Below are positions 21,887 through 32,846 of a DNA stretch of 64,000 nt, piece after piece. The number at the start of each line of letters is the position of its first letter. The first letter of the stretch is position 1. The stretch lies in the IMG/VR virus record IMGVR_UViG_3300030055_000003, one strand, 5' to 3'. The position numbers were made by a program, and so were the translations under genes. Source of the DNA: a virus (Duplodnaviria > Caudoviricetes). The notes beneath the pieces are model-generated. The model was not told the DNA's origin. It made no database searches and saw nothing but the letters and a program-made list of their open reading frames with translations.

Positions 21887-22570
21887 CTAATTAAAATAAC
21901 TTTGCTTATACCAGTAACAGTCAAAAGCATTATCAACACAAAAATGTTCATCATGATAGTCTTTATCTTTAAACTCATGAAAATATCCAAATTTCAATAT
22001 TCGTTTTTCTGTCTCATCTAATTGTTGATCTTCATCAATTTTCTTGTGAACACCTTCAATAGTATCTGATAAATACATTCCCTCTCTGCCATCACAACAA
22101 CCAAAGAATATCTTATATGTATATAGTAATTCAGCAGTATTTAATAAGATTTGTTTTACATCATTATCATATCCAAATCTTTCTTGATTAAAATTAATAC
22201 TTCTAATTAAATCACCATCATTATGCCTCAAAGTTGCAGACTTCAAATCAGCTAATAATTCCATAATATCAATTAAAGTCATGCCTTGTATTCCATTTCT
22301 AAAGTGTTCTGGATGATGTCTATTTGAATTATAATGATGACTTAATGCTACTTGCATTTCTTTAAGGAATTCCTTATATTCATCACTTCCATATGTACTT
22401 CCAACTAATTTAGGAGTATATTCACAAAATATTTCTACTTCAGGACTTTCTAATTTACTTTTATCATGAAGTTTACCTCTTTGTTCTAAGTCTAAACTCC
22501 ATTTGTTCAATATATTCTTTACATTGTCAATATGTTTCTGAGTTTCTTTTCTACATTCTTTAATATTCAT
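21887..22570 (-). CDS. DUF5662-like HD-superfamily protein
   Basis: HIDNV, HDKSKLESPE, HHYNSNRHHPEHF, MELLAD. Start moved to ATG 22570 because AGGAGG precedes it. Confidence 0.8.
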   Translation of the reverse strand: MNIKECRKETQKHIDNVKNILNKWSLDLEQRGKLHDKSKLESPEVEIFCEYTPKLVGSTYGSDEYKEFLKEMQVALSHHYNSNRHHPEHFRNGIQGMTLIDIMELLADLKSATLRHNDGDLIRSINFNQERFGYDNDVKQILLNTAELLYTYKIFFGCCDGREGMYLSDTIEGVHKKIDEDQQLDETEKRILKFGYFHEFKDKDYHDEHFCVDNAFDCYWYKQSYFN

Positions 22571-22929
22571 TCTTATTTGTCCTCCTTTTAATACAATTGT
22601 TCTTTTACATTCTTTAATATATCTTGGGACTCTTTCATCCACAATCCCACTTATCATTTATTAATCCTTCTTTTAACATTTCTTAAATCCAACCTTGTAC
22701 TGTATTTAATCTGTAGTATAAAGCTTTTCTTTCCTCATATTCAAAGCATCTTAAATCCTTTGGCATTTAAATTCTACCACCTTTCTATATTAATTTATTA
22801 TATTCTTATAAAATGCGAATTTGATTTAAATTTAGTTCTATAATATTCGTATTACTATTATATTTTATCGTAATTTTTATCACTTCTGAACTTTTCTAAG
22901 TTACATCATTCGTATTTTATATTTGTAAT

Positions 22930-23597
22930 TTATATGAATTTGATTTTTAGAAAATTCTCTAAATAGTAACAATATTTATTATAAAGTTCTTCTGATACAT
23001 TTTCTAATTGTATATTTGTCTTTTTCAATTCTTTTTCTTTGAACCCACAAATCCAGTGTTTGTTTGATTTTTCATCATAACTTAATACATATACATAATT
23101 ATCTATTCCAGACCAATTTTTAATTATCCCTATTTGCTCTTTATCCATTTCATCTTTTGGAACTATTACTACTTCGCCAATATGAAAATCATGTTTGTTG
23201 TTACTATAATATTCTTCATGTTTTTTAACATAATAAATAAATTCTTCTTCTGATAATGTTTTTCTCATAATCTCACCTCTTTACTTTTCATCCACATATT
23301 AAACCTGTTAAATTGTGCCTCAACCATATAACATAAATCTTTTAATTCTGATTCTATATCCTTTTTGACTAAAACATTTTCTTCATCAATTAGTTCTTCA
23401 ACTGATTTAACTAAAGATTTTGTTATAATAGAAAATCTATCAACTTGTTTTTTAATATCTTGAATGCCATCTTCTCTTCCTTTAAAGTATTCTCCTCTAA
23501 ACAATAATATGAACACTTGTCTTTGTTCTTTGGATATCTTATTTCCTTCAATTAATTCGTCCACTAACTTTTCAATTTCTTTATCTTCCTTACTCAT
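22930..23597 (-). CDS. two hypothetical proteins
   Basis: ORF track; overlapping stop and start. Confidence 0.55.
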
Positions 23598-23648
23598 AAT
23601 TTCACCTCTTTTACTTCTATTAATTTATTTCCAAATAAAACAAGCTTT

Positions 23649-24083
23649 TTAAAACGATGTAGTATAATCCGTGTTGCAATTATTTATAGCTTTTTCAGGA
23701 TTTTCAAAAATATTTCCTATGATTTCAATGTCTTCATTACATTCTAATTCAGACCAAGATTCAAAATTATCTCTTTGTAAATACCATCCTGCATTCATAC
23801 CTAATCCATCATGTAAATTTGCTAAATATGTAACTACGTAGCCAGAACTATCAATATATCCTTCATAGATTTCTTTGTTGTTTTTATCTTTAAATCCTAC
23901 ATATTCTAAAAGTATATATCTTTCAGATACATCTATTTTTTCTAAATGTTCCATTCCCCAGTAACCTTTTAGACTTACTTCATATATTTTTCCATCAGCT
24001 AAATACAAATCATATCCATCAAGTTCATCCATACAATTATTAACTTTATCCCAAACTTTATATTTATGTTTTCTACTCATCAA
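23649..24083 (-). CDS. YopX-family protein
   Basis: KYKVWDK..LLEYVGFKDKNNKEIYEG..EIIGNIFENP. Confidence 0.85.
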   Translation of the reverse strand: MMSRKHKYKVWDKVNNCMDELDGYDLYLADGKIYEVSLKGYWGMEHLEKIDVSERYILLEYVGFKDKNNKEIYEGYIDSSGYVVTYLANLHDGLGMNAGWYLQRDNFESWSELECNEDIEIIGNIFENPEKAINNCNTDYTTSF

Positions 24084-27000
24084 TTTCGCTCTCCAATCTA
24101 TCTATTTTTCTTTCTAGTTCGTCATTATAACTATTAGCATCGTCTAGTTCAGCTTCAAGTTCCTCTATTCTAATAACACTTCCATCTACATTATTAAAAC
24201 TATCTTCAAGCAACTCAAATATTTCTTTATCTATGTACTCTTTAATTTGTGGCAATATATTTTGCTTTTCATAAATTGTAACTGTTTGTCCATTCTCCAA
24301 TGTTATAACCATATTTACTCGCCCTCCTTATTTTTAACTATTGGTCGTTCTTTAAATATATCATTTAACATTTGTGTGGCTTCTTCATATGAATAATTAT
24401 ATTCTCTACACCACTTATAGATAACTTCGTTTAATTCATTTATTAATTCTTCTTTGCTAGTTCTATATTTCATTATTACCCTCCTCACTTATTTTTCTGA
24501 TACCTAAATCATTGTTTTCTTTTATAAATTCAGATTTACCACCTAATAATATCGCTCCTGTATATATTTGACCTTTTAATAAGTCATCTATCATATTTTC
24601 TATTCTATTAATAACTTCTTTATGATCTTCATCATTAGTAAATCCAAAATTTAAACTTAAATTAAATCCTATTATTTTGTTGTTATTCATTTGTGTATCA
24701 TCTCCTTAATATTACAATTTCTTTAACATCATCAAAATCGATTTCCATTTCTGAATTTTCTCTATTCAAATAAATTGTACTTTCATCTGAAAAGTTATAG
24801 TCACCAATTAATATTTCATCATTATGTAAGTATATTTTTATGGTATCTCCTTCGTTAATAATTAAATCATTAAATTTTAAAGTCCATATTGTTTTTAAAT
24901 TCATTATTACCAATCCTTCCTTATATTCTATTTTTGATATCTTTTAATTCTTCTTCTATAAATTTTACTCTTGCTTGTAAGTTTTCTTTTCTCTTTTGTT
25001 CAGAATATACAATAGATAAGTTATGAGCCTCCAATTCTGATTGCTTAAATTCATCTACTAAAATTTTATCAATTCCTTCTGATATGTAAAACTCACTATC
25101 ACAACAATTGCAGATTGCACAATGTTTTTGAAAGTCGTCATATAATACCGTTTCATCTTCTATACCTTTGTATTTGTTTATTTTATAATTATTAAATTTT
25201 ATACCTTCTTCTATACTTTGAACCAACTTGTTTTTATACTTTTCTTTAAATATTGTATGATTTAATTTATCTTTAATTTTAAAGCTAATATCTACTAATA
25301 ATATTGGAATAAATATTATTAAAATCATGAATATAATCATAAATAATATTATCAGTAATTCATTCATATTCAATTATCACCCTTTCTTAATTACATTAAT
25401 TCGTTATATTCATTTAAAATCCAAGTTTTATTTGGACTATGGTTTATCTTTAAAATCATCACAAGTAAAACCCCACCCACATGAACATTTATGTAATTTA
25501 CACCAACCACCCTCTATATAATATGGATAATTTTTAATAAAATTTTTACATCCTTCACATTCTCCTTCAAAACCTTGTAATGGTTCTGAAACATATATCC
25601 CATCATGTGTCTTTATTAGATTAATATTTTCCTTTTTAGGTAATGGATTATCTTCTAACCATTTAGCTTGAGTTTCTTTTTCTTCTTTAGTTGAAAAAAA
25701 TGCTTTTCTAAAATTTGCAAACATAATTTCACTTCCTTCCATAAAATTATCTTACCATAGATTTTTAATTAATTCAATATGTTTCTATTAATTTATTTAG
25801 ATTTATATAAGATCTTTATAACAATTTTATAATATAATCTAATGAAAAATCCCACTATATCATCAAAGAACCATTGTATTTTAGTAATAATCTTTTTATA
25901 CCAAGGTAAACTATTATAATATTCATAAATTAAATCCCATGCAGATTTCATATTATTTAATTGTTCTTGCCCTCTTTTACTTCTAGTAACTTCACTAGTA
26001 TCTATAGTTTCAATTGTTGAGCCATTTTTGAGTTCTATTTTATTCATTATTTTCACTCTCCATTCTAAATATTTCATTGTAAATATTAACATTATCATTA
26101 CACGTAAATACATCTATAATTTTGCTCTCGCCATTACTAAATTTAACTCTCATTTGATTAAATTTAAAATCATAACCTTCATAAATTTCAATAGGTAATC
26201 CATACATTGTATTAGGATAACTTTTAAATTTAGTATTATCAATAGTAGGTATTTTCTCCAATAATACTTTTAATGCAAATGTCCCTATTTCTATTTTATT
26301 GGCTACTGGCGGTAATTGATTTAACTTTTCTGCCAATTTATCTAAATCATCTAATGTTATTGGTTTTGACATTGAAGTACAACTAGCAAACTTATTTTTT
26401 CCTGTAAGAATTGCTTTTGCTAATATATCTTTTATTTGTGATTCATTTAATTCTTCAGATTCAGTATTAAAATAATAATTAGGTTTATAACCTTTAAAGA
26501 AAGAATTAGTATATTCTTCATCATCGCCTAAAATATATTTATAAGCTTCTATTCTATCTTCTTTAGTTAATGCAATCTTATTTAAATCTTTATTCATTAT
26601 TTATCAACTCCCTTAAAGTAACTGTATTCTTCAAATATTTTATCAGATTCTATTCTTTTACCATCTACAAATAATCCACCTTTTCCCTTTTCTACTTTTT
26701 CATATTTGAAATTACATTCTTTTAAAATATCTTCGAAATCTTCATCAGTTAAATTGTTAAATATACTTTTATATTTTTCATTATCATCCATTTTTTACAT
26801 CCCCTTTAATTATATTATATTCTATTAATTTATTAACTCCTGTTAAAATCATGTTTTTATGTGGTTTTTAACCTAGTATTCATGCCATTTACAAGGTGCT
26901 ATTTTTGTATGTAATAATTATTAATTGTCACATTAGACTTACTTTCTTCTTTAACCACTTTTACATTGTCTAAATTTAATATCAAATCAATTGAATCTCT

Positions 27001-27540
27001 TATCTGTATTAAATCTTCTTCTTTTAAAAATGAAAGTTGTCCCATTTTATATTCGCCATCTACACCATCGTTTCTAATAACTAATGTAAAACTTCTATCT
27101 TGTACTGGAGACTTTGGATTAATTCTTTGTTCTGATATTATAATATTGCTCCTCGTTGTTCTCATTCTACCTAATGTTCCACTACACTTTCTGCTTAATT
27201 TAATCATTGGCTTTCCATTTTCTTTAATTTTAATTTCTCTTTCAAATTTATTCATTTTAATAATCTCCTTTTTATTAATTTATTTATCTTTTAACATATT
27301 TTTATAAATTGCTATACTTCTTTTACAACAATTAATATCACAATTCAAATCTTTAGAATTTCCATATTCATTATGACATTTTGCAACGTCCATTATTGTA
27401 TGAGGTTTTGAAAACATTTCTTTACTTCTTAGTAATGCAGTATTATATTGATTTTGTAATTCTTTAATTTCTCGTTCTAGTCTTTTTATATTTAATCTCA
27501 ATTCATCACTTGTATATTCAGGTTTTTTAAATAAAGCCAT
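24073..27540 (-). CDS. cluster of about 11 small hypothetical proteins (24073, 24463, 24698, 24921, 25437, 25793, 26040, 26597, 26899, 27280 and a short ORF at about 24327-24473)
   Basis: ORF track; RBS present. 25793 (true start about 26047) and 26040 carry terminase-like beta-strand motifs (see findings). Confidence 0.6.
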
Positions 27541-27597
27541 ATATAATTTCCTCCTTAAATAAAAATAAGATACAAGATTTTCTTATCCTATATCTTT

Positions 27598-27626
27598 ATT
27601 CTATATCTATTCAGTTTCAAAGTCAA
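27598..27626 (-). promoter_or_regulatory. sigmaA-type promoter
   Basis: TTGACT, 17 bp, TAGAAT; inverted repeat 27567-27596 abuts the -10. Confidence 0.65.
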
Positions 27627-27636
27627 GTTATTTCTA

Positions 27637-28170
27637 TTAATTTGTTTTTAACTTATTTCTTAAATAATAGTAAAAGGTATTATAAATATATTTTCCACTA
27701 TGTTCTTTATCTGTAAAAAAGAATGGGCAATTATATTGTTCTTGAAAAGAATGTAATGAGCCAACAAAAGATTCTTTAGGAAAATCAGTTTTATATTTAC
27801 CATCACAGACATTAGAGTAATTAGTATCTTCTATTAATAACCTTAATGCTCCATTACTTCTTTCAAACTCCCTTTTAAACCTTTCTCTTCCTTGTGTAAA
27901 ATTGCCACTAATTTCTTCAGCATGAGCCTTTCGTTCAATAGCTATTTCGTCAGTAAAATATAAATCTTCAAGAATATCTAATGATTCATTCTGTGGTATC
28001 ATAAATGAATAATCCCCAAATGATAAAGTATAATCTATATAATTTATTTTATTAGATTTTAACCACATTTTAATGTGCGAGTTAACCTTTTCCCTGCTGT
28101 CTACTAATACAGTTATTGAGTTAAGAATTTGTTTTACTTCTTTATCTTTATATACTCTATTAAATTTCAT
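27637..28170 (-). CDS. ERCC4/XPF-family nuclease (probable junction resolvase)
   Basis: VLVDSRE, GDYS, IAIERK, LLIE motifs. Confidence 0.88.
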   Translation of the reverse strand: MKFNRVYKDKEVKQILNSITVLVDSREKVNSHIKMWLKSNKINYIDYTLSFGDYSFMIPQNESLDILEDLYFTDEIAIERKAHAEEISGNFTQGRERFKREFERSNGALRLLIEDTNYSNVCDGKYKTDFPKESFVGSLHSFQEQYNCPFFFTDKEHSGKYIYNTFYYYLRNKLKTN

Positions 28171-31100
28171 CTAGCACTTCCTCCATACTTGGTATTACTG
28201 AATAATTTGTAATATGCCACTCGATTTTATTCTCATCGATTTCAAACACTGGTTTTACATTACCCTTTTTATCAGTCTTTTCTCCAACCTTTTTCCATCC
28301 AAATTTCTTTTCCATAGAATGAATATAGATTACATCATTAACATTTAATTCACCATCATTATTCCATAACTTCTTATTAATTTTACATTTACATGTAACA
28401 CCATTATTTAAGCAGTATGTATTTACTATGGGAGTGTATTTAGTATTAATATCAGTAATCAAAGCATATCTTTTTTCGATTTTTTCATTTTTATAATCTA
28501 TATAACCTAAAATTTCGTTTTGGAAAGCAAGTTTTTCTTTAAAACTGATATCTGTATTAGGGATATTGACTACTTGATCTACTAATAATTTATAAGTATC
28601 AACTTCTTTAAATACCTTTTCTGTCTCTTTGTTTGCATACTTTCTAATTAAATCTATATTTTCATTGCTTAATTTGCTTTTGTTAAACTGTTTTTTGCCA
28701 TATAACTTATTATATAAATTAACTATAGTTAATAACTTTTGTGATTTGCCAAAGCAATCAAAATAATCTAATTTAATAAGTATTTCTAATTGACGTGAGT
28801 TGCAAGATGTATTTTCTTTAATATCTAATAATAAATCTAAAAAACTATTATACTTATTATTTTGAGATAATTCATATACCTCATCTGCCACCTTATTATT
28901 AAGATTTTTAATTGAGCCTACTCCTTTATATATACTATTTGTTTCCTTTGACATGAAATAACTAGCTTTCGCATAACCAAACTTAGGTGATGATATACTT
29001 ATTCCTTTACTATTAGCATATTTGATTATACTGATAGTCTTCTCTTCTTTATCTTTATTAATATTTAATGCTGTAGTTATAAATTCTAATGGATGATAAT
29101 ATCTTAGGTATCCAGCAATATATCCAATATATGTATATGGAACAGCATGATTTTCACTAAAAAGATAATCCGATGCGTCAGTTATTACTTGTATAAAATT
29201 TATAATTAATTTTTTAGATTCTTCTTCGTCTACATTGTATTTTTCTTTCATAGTTTTAATGAAACCACTTGTAATTTTAGGAATAAATTTTTCTGTACCT
29301 GTTTTCTTAGCAAATCCACGCCTTACAATATCAGCCTCACCCATTGTATATCCACAAAATTCATGTAAGAAATTCATAATTTGTTCCTGATATACTAAGT
29401 AACCCATTGTTGGTGCTAAAAATTTATTTAATGCTTCATGTCCATTATCCCTAAATTCACCATTAGATAATGCATTACGATAACTTGCACCAGCAGGTCT
29501 AATAGCACCATTTCCCATTGAAACTAAATCTACATATCTAAAATTTGGATTAAATTGTTTTATTTTATTTAATGTTTTTTCACTCAATAATGTTTTTATA
29601 AAAGCACCTGCACTATCTGATTCCCATTGAAATATCAAAGTATTATCTTTAGCCATTGATTGCCACACATCTTCTTCGTCTGGTGTATTTTCGGGTGTTA
29701 ATCTTTCTATATCAGCCAATTCACAAGTTTCATTTATTATTTGTATATTGTCTAACCCTAATAAATCTAACTTGACAAAGTTTTGTGCATCAATAGCCTT
29801 CATACTTATCATTGATACTGGATGTGAACAAGTTGATATGCTACATAATCCGACTGAACTATCTAATGGGATAGGGCTACAAATTTGACCACAAGGATGT
29901 GTCCCTATAGAAACTATAGTACCATTAATTATATCAACATATTCGAATACTTTTGGATATTCTTTCCTCATTTTATCTTCATTATCTTCTATATTTTCAC
30001 ATATATAATTAGAAATTTTTAAATAATCATCCATATAGTCATGAACTTTTTTACTAGTACTATCTGTTAAAGTCCCATACCCTTCAACATCTCTATTACT
30101 AGCTTCTTCCAATTCTTTAGGTAAATCTTTTTTATATATAGCTCTGCATACATCTCTGATACTACCTTTTAAAGCAACCGTATTAAATGTTATTATGTCT
30201 GCACAATATAAGTCTTTTTTACTATATATATAATTTTTTACTAGTTCTCTGTGATTTGGAGACCAATCTGTATCTATATCTGCTAAACTTACTCTTTCAG
30301 TATTCATAAATCTTTCAAAATTCATTTTATGTTTAATTGAATCTATATCAGTAATACCTATTAAATAAGCTATTTCACTTCCAGAACATGAACCTCTTGA
30401 ATACCCAGCAAATATATTATTACTTCTAGCCCATGTTTTAATGTTTTCATCTAATAATAAAAAGTCTACTGCACCATTATGTATGTATGTTTCTAACTCG
30501 TGTTGTATTCTAGGAATGTATTCAGTTTTATAATTAGGTAATTTATTTATTCCTTTTGATAATGTACCCTCATTGATTTTTTGTTTTAATACATCTAAAG
30601 AATTATCATATAATTTAGGATATTTATATGATTTATCAATTTTAAATTCTTCAACTCTATCATATAATCTATTAGTATTTTCTAAAGCTTCATATATTTC
30701 TTCGCCTGACATTATATTTTGCTTTTTAAATAATTCAACTAATTCGTCATATGATTTTAATGTTAAATCCCAACCGTCTTCATTATCGAAGAAAATGCCT
30801 TTTGATTTTTGTAATATTTCTCTACCTTTTGCATGTTTGCTGTTTAATGCGTGAGTATCAGTAGCTACAAGTAATGGAATATTATATTTTTTATGTAAAT
30901 CACAAAGATATTTATTATAAGAAATTTGATCTTTTACTAAGTGGTGCTGAATCTCTAAATAGCATCTATTTGAATTATCAACTAAAAATTCAATAAATCT
31001 ATCTTTTAATTTATCATTTCCTTTACTTAATATTCCACCTAAACACGCTGTACTAACTAATATTTTACTACTTGTACTTATTAACTCTTCAAATGTTATC

Positions 31101-31474
31101 CTTGGTGTATAGTAAAAATGTCCATCTTCTCTATTAAAAGCTTTTGAAACTAAACTATTTAATTCTTCAAATGATTCATAATCAGTAGCATATAAGCAAA
31201 CATGGTAATTATCTCTGATTTTTTCATCTAAAGACTCTGTAACATATGCTTCTATAGAGTGAACATATTTGAAGCCATTGTCTTCACATTCACATTTCTT
31301 TTTATACCATTCAAATGTTGAACCATGCTCTGTAAAACAAATTCCTTGTATCCCTAATGCTTTATCATTTTTAATTTGTTTTATGTAATCTGAATATTTT
31401 GTTACTGAATCTATATTAGTTATCCCATTACTATACATTGTGTGACAATGAGTTAATGTATATGTGTTACTCAT
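28160..31474 (-). CDS. dnaE: DNA polymerase III alpha subunit (family C)
   Basis: PHP domain HCHT, TEHG, DTH; SRGSCSGS, LADIDTD, GTHPCG, KLDLLGL, VYQEQIM, FSENHAVPY, GVGSIK. Confidence 0.96.
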   Translation of the reverse strand: MSNTYTLTHCHTMYSNGITNIDSVTKYSDYIKQIKNDKALGIQGICFTEHGSTFEWYKKKCECEDNGFKYVHSIEAYVTESLDEKIRDNYHVCLYATDYESFEELNSLVSKAFNREDGHFYYTPRITFEELISTSSKILVSTACLGGILSKGNDKLKDRFIEFLVDNSNRCYLEIQHHLVKDQISYNKYLCDLHKKYNIPLLVATDTHALNSKHAKGREILQKSKGIFFDNEDGWDLTLKSYDELVELFKKQNIMSGEEIYEALENTNRLYDRVEEFKIDKSYKYPKLYDNSLDVLKQKINEGTLSKGINKLPNYKTEYIPRIQHELETYIHNGAVDFLLLDENIKTWARSNNIFAGYSRGSCSGSEIAYLIGITDIDSIKHKMNFERFMNTERVSLADIDTDWSPNHRELVKNYIYSKKDLYCADIITFNTVALKGSIRDVCRAIYKKDLPKELEEASNRDVEGYGTLTDSTSKKVHDYMDDYLKISNYICENIEDNEDKMRKEYPKVFEYVDIINGTIVSIGTHPCGQICSPIPLDSSVGLCSISTCSHPVSMISMKAIDAQNFVKLDLLGLDNIQIINETCELADIERLTPENTPDEEDVWQSMAKDNTLIFQWESDSAGAFIKTLLSEKTLNKIKQFNPNFRYVDLVSMGNGAIRPAGASYRNALSNGEFRDNGHEALNKFLAPTMGYLVYQEQIMNFLHEFCGYTMGEADIVRRGFAKKTGTEKFIPKITSGFIKTMKEKYNVDEEESKKLIINFIQVITDASDYLFSENHAVPYTYIGYIAGYLRYYHPLEFITTALNINKDKEEKTISIIKYANSKGISISSPKFGYAKASYFMSKETNSIYKGVGSIKNLNNKVADEVYELSQNNKYNSFLDLLLDIKENTSCNSRQLEILIKLDYFDCFGKSQKLLTIVNLYNKLYGKKQFNKSKLSNENIDLIRKYANKETEKVFKEVDTYKLLVDQVVNIPNTDISFKEKLAFQNEILGYIDYKNEKIEKRYALITDINTKYTPIVNTYCLNNGVTCKCKINKKLWNNDGELNVNDVIYIHSMEKKFGWKKVGEKTDKKGNVKPVFEIDENKIEWHITNYSVIPSMEEVLDEI

Positions 31475-32829
31475 TTATTTTCCTCCCTATCATTCATAAA
31501 GTTTATTATTTCTTCCCCATCTTTCAGCCTATATCTTTTAATTGCATAATGTATGTATTGATAATTAAAAGATAGAATATCACAAAAATCTTTTAACAAT
31601 ATATCATTGTTATTATAATTTATATAAAATCTAAATTGTTCTTGTTTTATTTTATCATTTTCTATTATTTTACATTTTATTATATCTAAATTATTTGGAA
31701 TAATAGATGTTATAATTTCATCTAATTTCCTTGATGATTTTGCCGTAAATCTCATATATCTTTTATCGCTATTTTCTACAATTCCATCTAAATCAAACCT
31801 ATTCTTCATAATATCTATAAAGTGATATCTATCCTTTAATGGTATATCAGCTAAACATATTTCCCAATTTGAATCACCTCTATAACCATCATCTAATGCA
31901 AATATACTTAATGAAAATTCATTGAGATTATCAATTAAATTACGTTTAGACATTTCTCTATATTGTATAAAACAATTATGTATTCTAGAAGATATTCTAT
32001 AGTGTGGTTGACAAAGATATTTCGAATCTGTTCCAAAATTATGATATGCTTCTTTATAATAAGTTGGTGATATATTCATAAAATCCTTCATTAATTCATA
32101 TTTCCAAAACAAATAATCTTTTTGATTTTCCGCATGACTGACTATAAATATAGGTTGTGTTTCTCTTTTATCAACATGACCGTCTCCCAACAAAGAGCCA
32201 ATAACTAAATCTTTTTGTATATCATTTAATTGTTTATGTATTTTTCTATATTCTTGGGTTAATTTATGTTTTTCACAACACCATTTCTCTATAACTCTTT
32301 TACTGCACTTCGCTTCTTTAGCCATCTCTTCATGATTTAATCCTTCTGTCATATATTTTTGATAACACCAATCATAATCTTGATATATAGCTTTAAAATA
32401 AATACTATTAATTGAATTAACATTAAAATTATATTCAAATTTAATATTTTCTATCTTTTCAACTTTGTCTAAGAATTTTCTATAAACACCTAATTGTTTA
32501 CAAATATCCTCTTTCCCAAAACATTTATCTGGATTTTCTTTTATATATTTAATAAGTAATTCTAAATTATATTCATTTTGATTTAATTTATTTTTCCAAA
32601 CTATTTTATTCTCGTTGGTTTTATTTCTGCTAACCTCAGTTCTTTCTTCTGAAGGACATGCAATAGCTCCTTTTTTAAAATGTGAATATTGTTTATTTTT
32701 TACTATATAATTATTATATTCTGGAAACATAACATCTATATCACTTGTTTTTCTATACTCTACTATTATCATTTTACTTCCAAAGTTATTTAATCTTTCT
32801 TCCCCAACTCTATCTGCCACATATTTCAC
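31471..32829 (-). CDS. free-standing LAGLIDADG endonuclease with mosaic N-terminal domains
   Basis: VIGSLLGDG and FALDDGY motifs; N-terminal RVGEERLNNFGSKMII module seen on phage homing nucleases; sits between recJ and dnaE and overlaps the dnaE start. Confidence 0.82.
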   Translation of the reverse strand: MKYVADRVGEERLNNFGSKMIIVEYRKTSDIDVMFPEYNNYIVKNKQYSHFKKGAIACPSEERTEVSRNKTNENKIVWKNKLNQNEYNLELLIKYIKENPDKCFGKEDICKQLGVYRKFLDKVEKIENIKFEYNFNVNSINSIYFKAIYQDYDWCYQKYMTEGLNHEEMAKEAKCSKRVIEKWCCEKHKLTQEYRKIHKQLNDIQKDLVIGSLLGDGHVDKRETQPIFIVSHAENQKDYLFWKYELMKDFMNISPTYYKEAYHNFGTDSKYLCQPHYRISSRIHNCFIQYREMSKRNLIDNLNEFSLSIFALDDGYRGDSNWEICLADIPLKDRYHFIDIMKNRFDLDGIVENSDKRYMRFTAKSSRKLDEIITSIIPNNLDIIKCKIIENDKIKQEQFRFYINYNNNDILLKDFCDILSFNYQYIHYAIKRYRLKDGEEIINFMNDREENK

Positions 32830-32846
32830 CTCTTTTACTTTTATAA

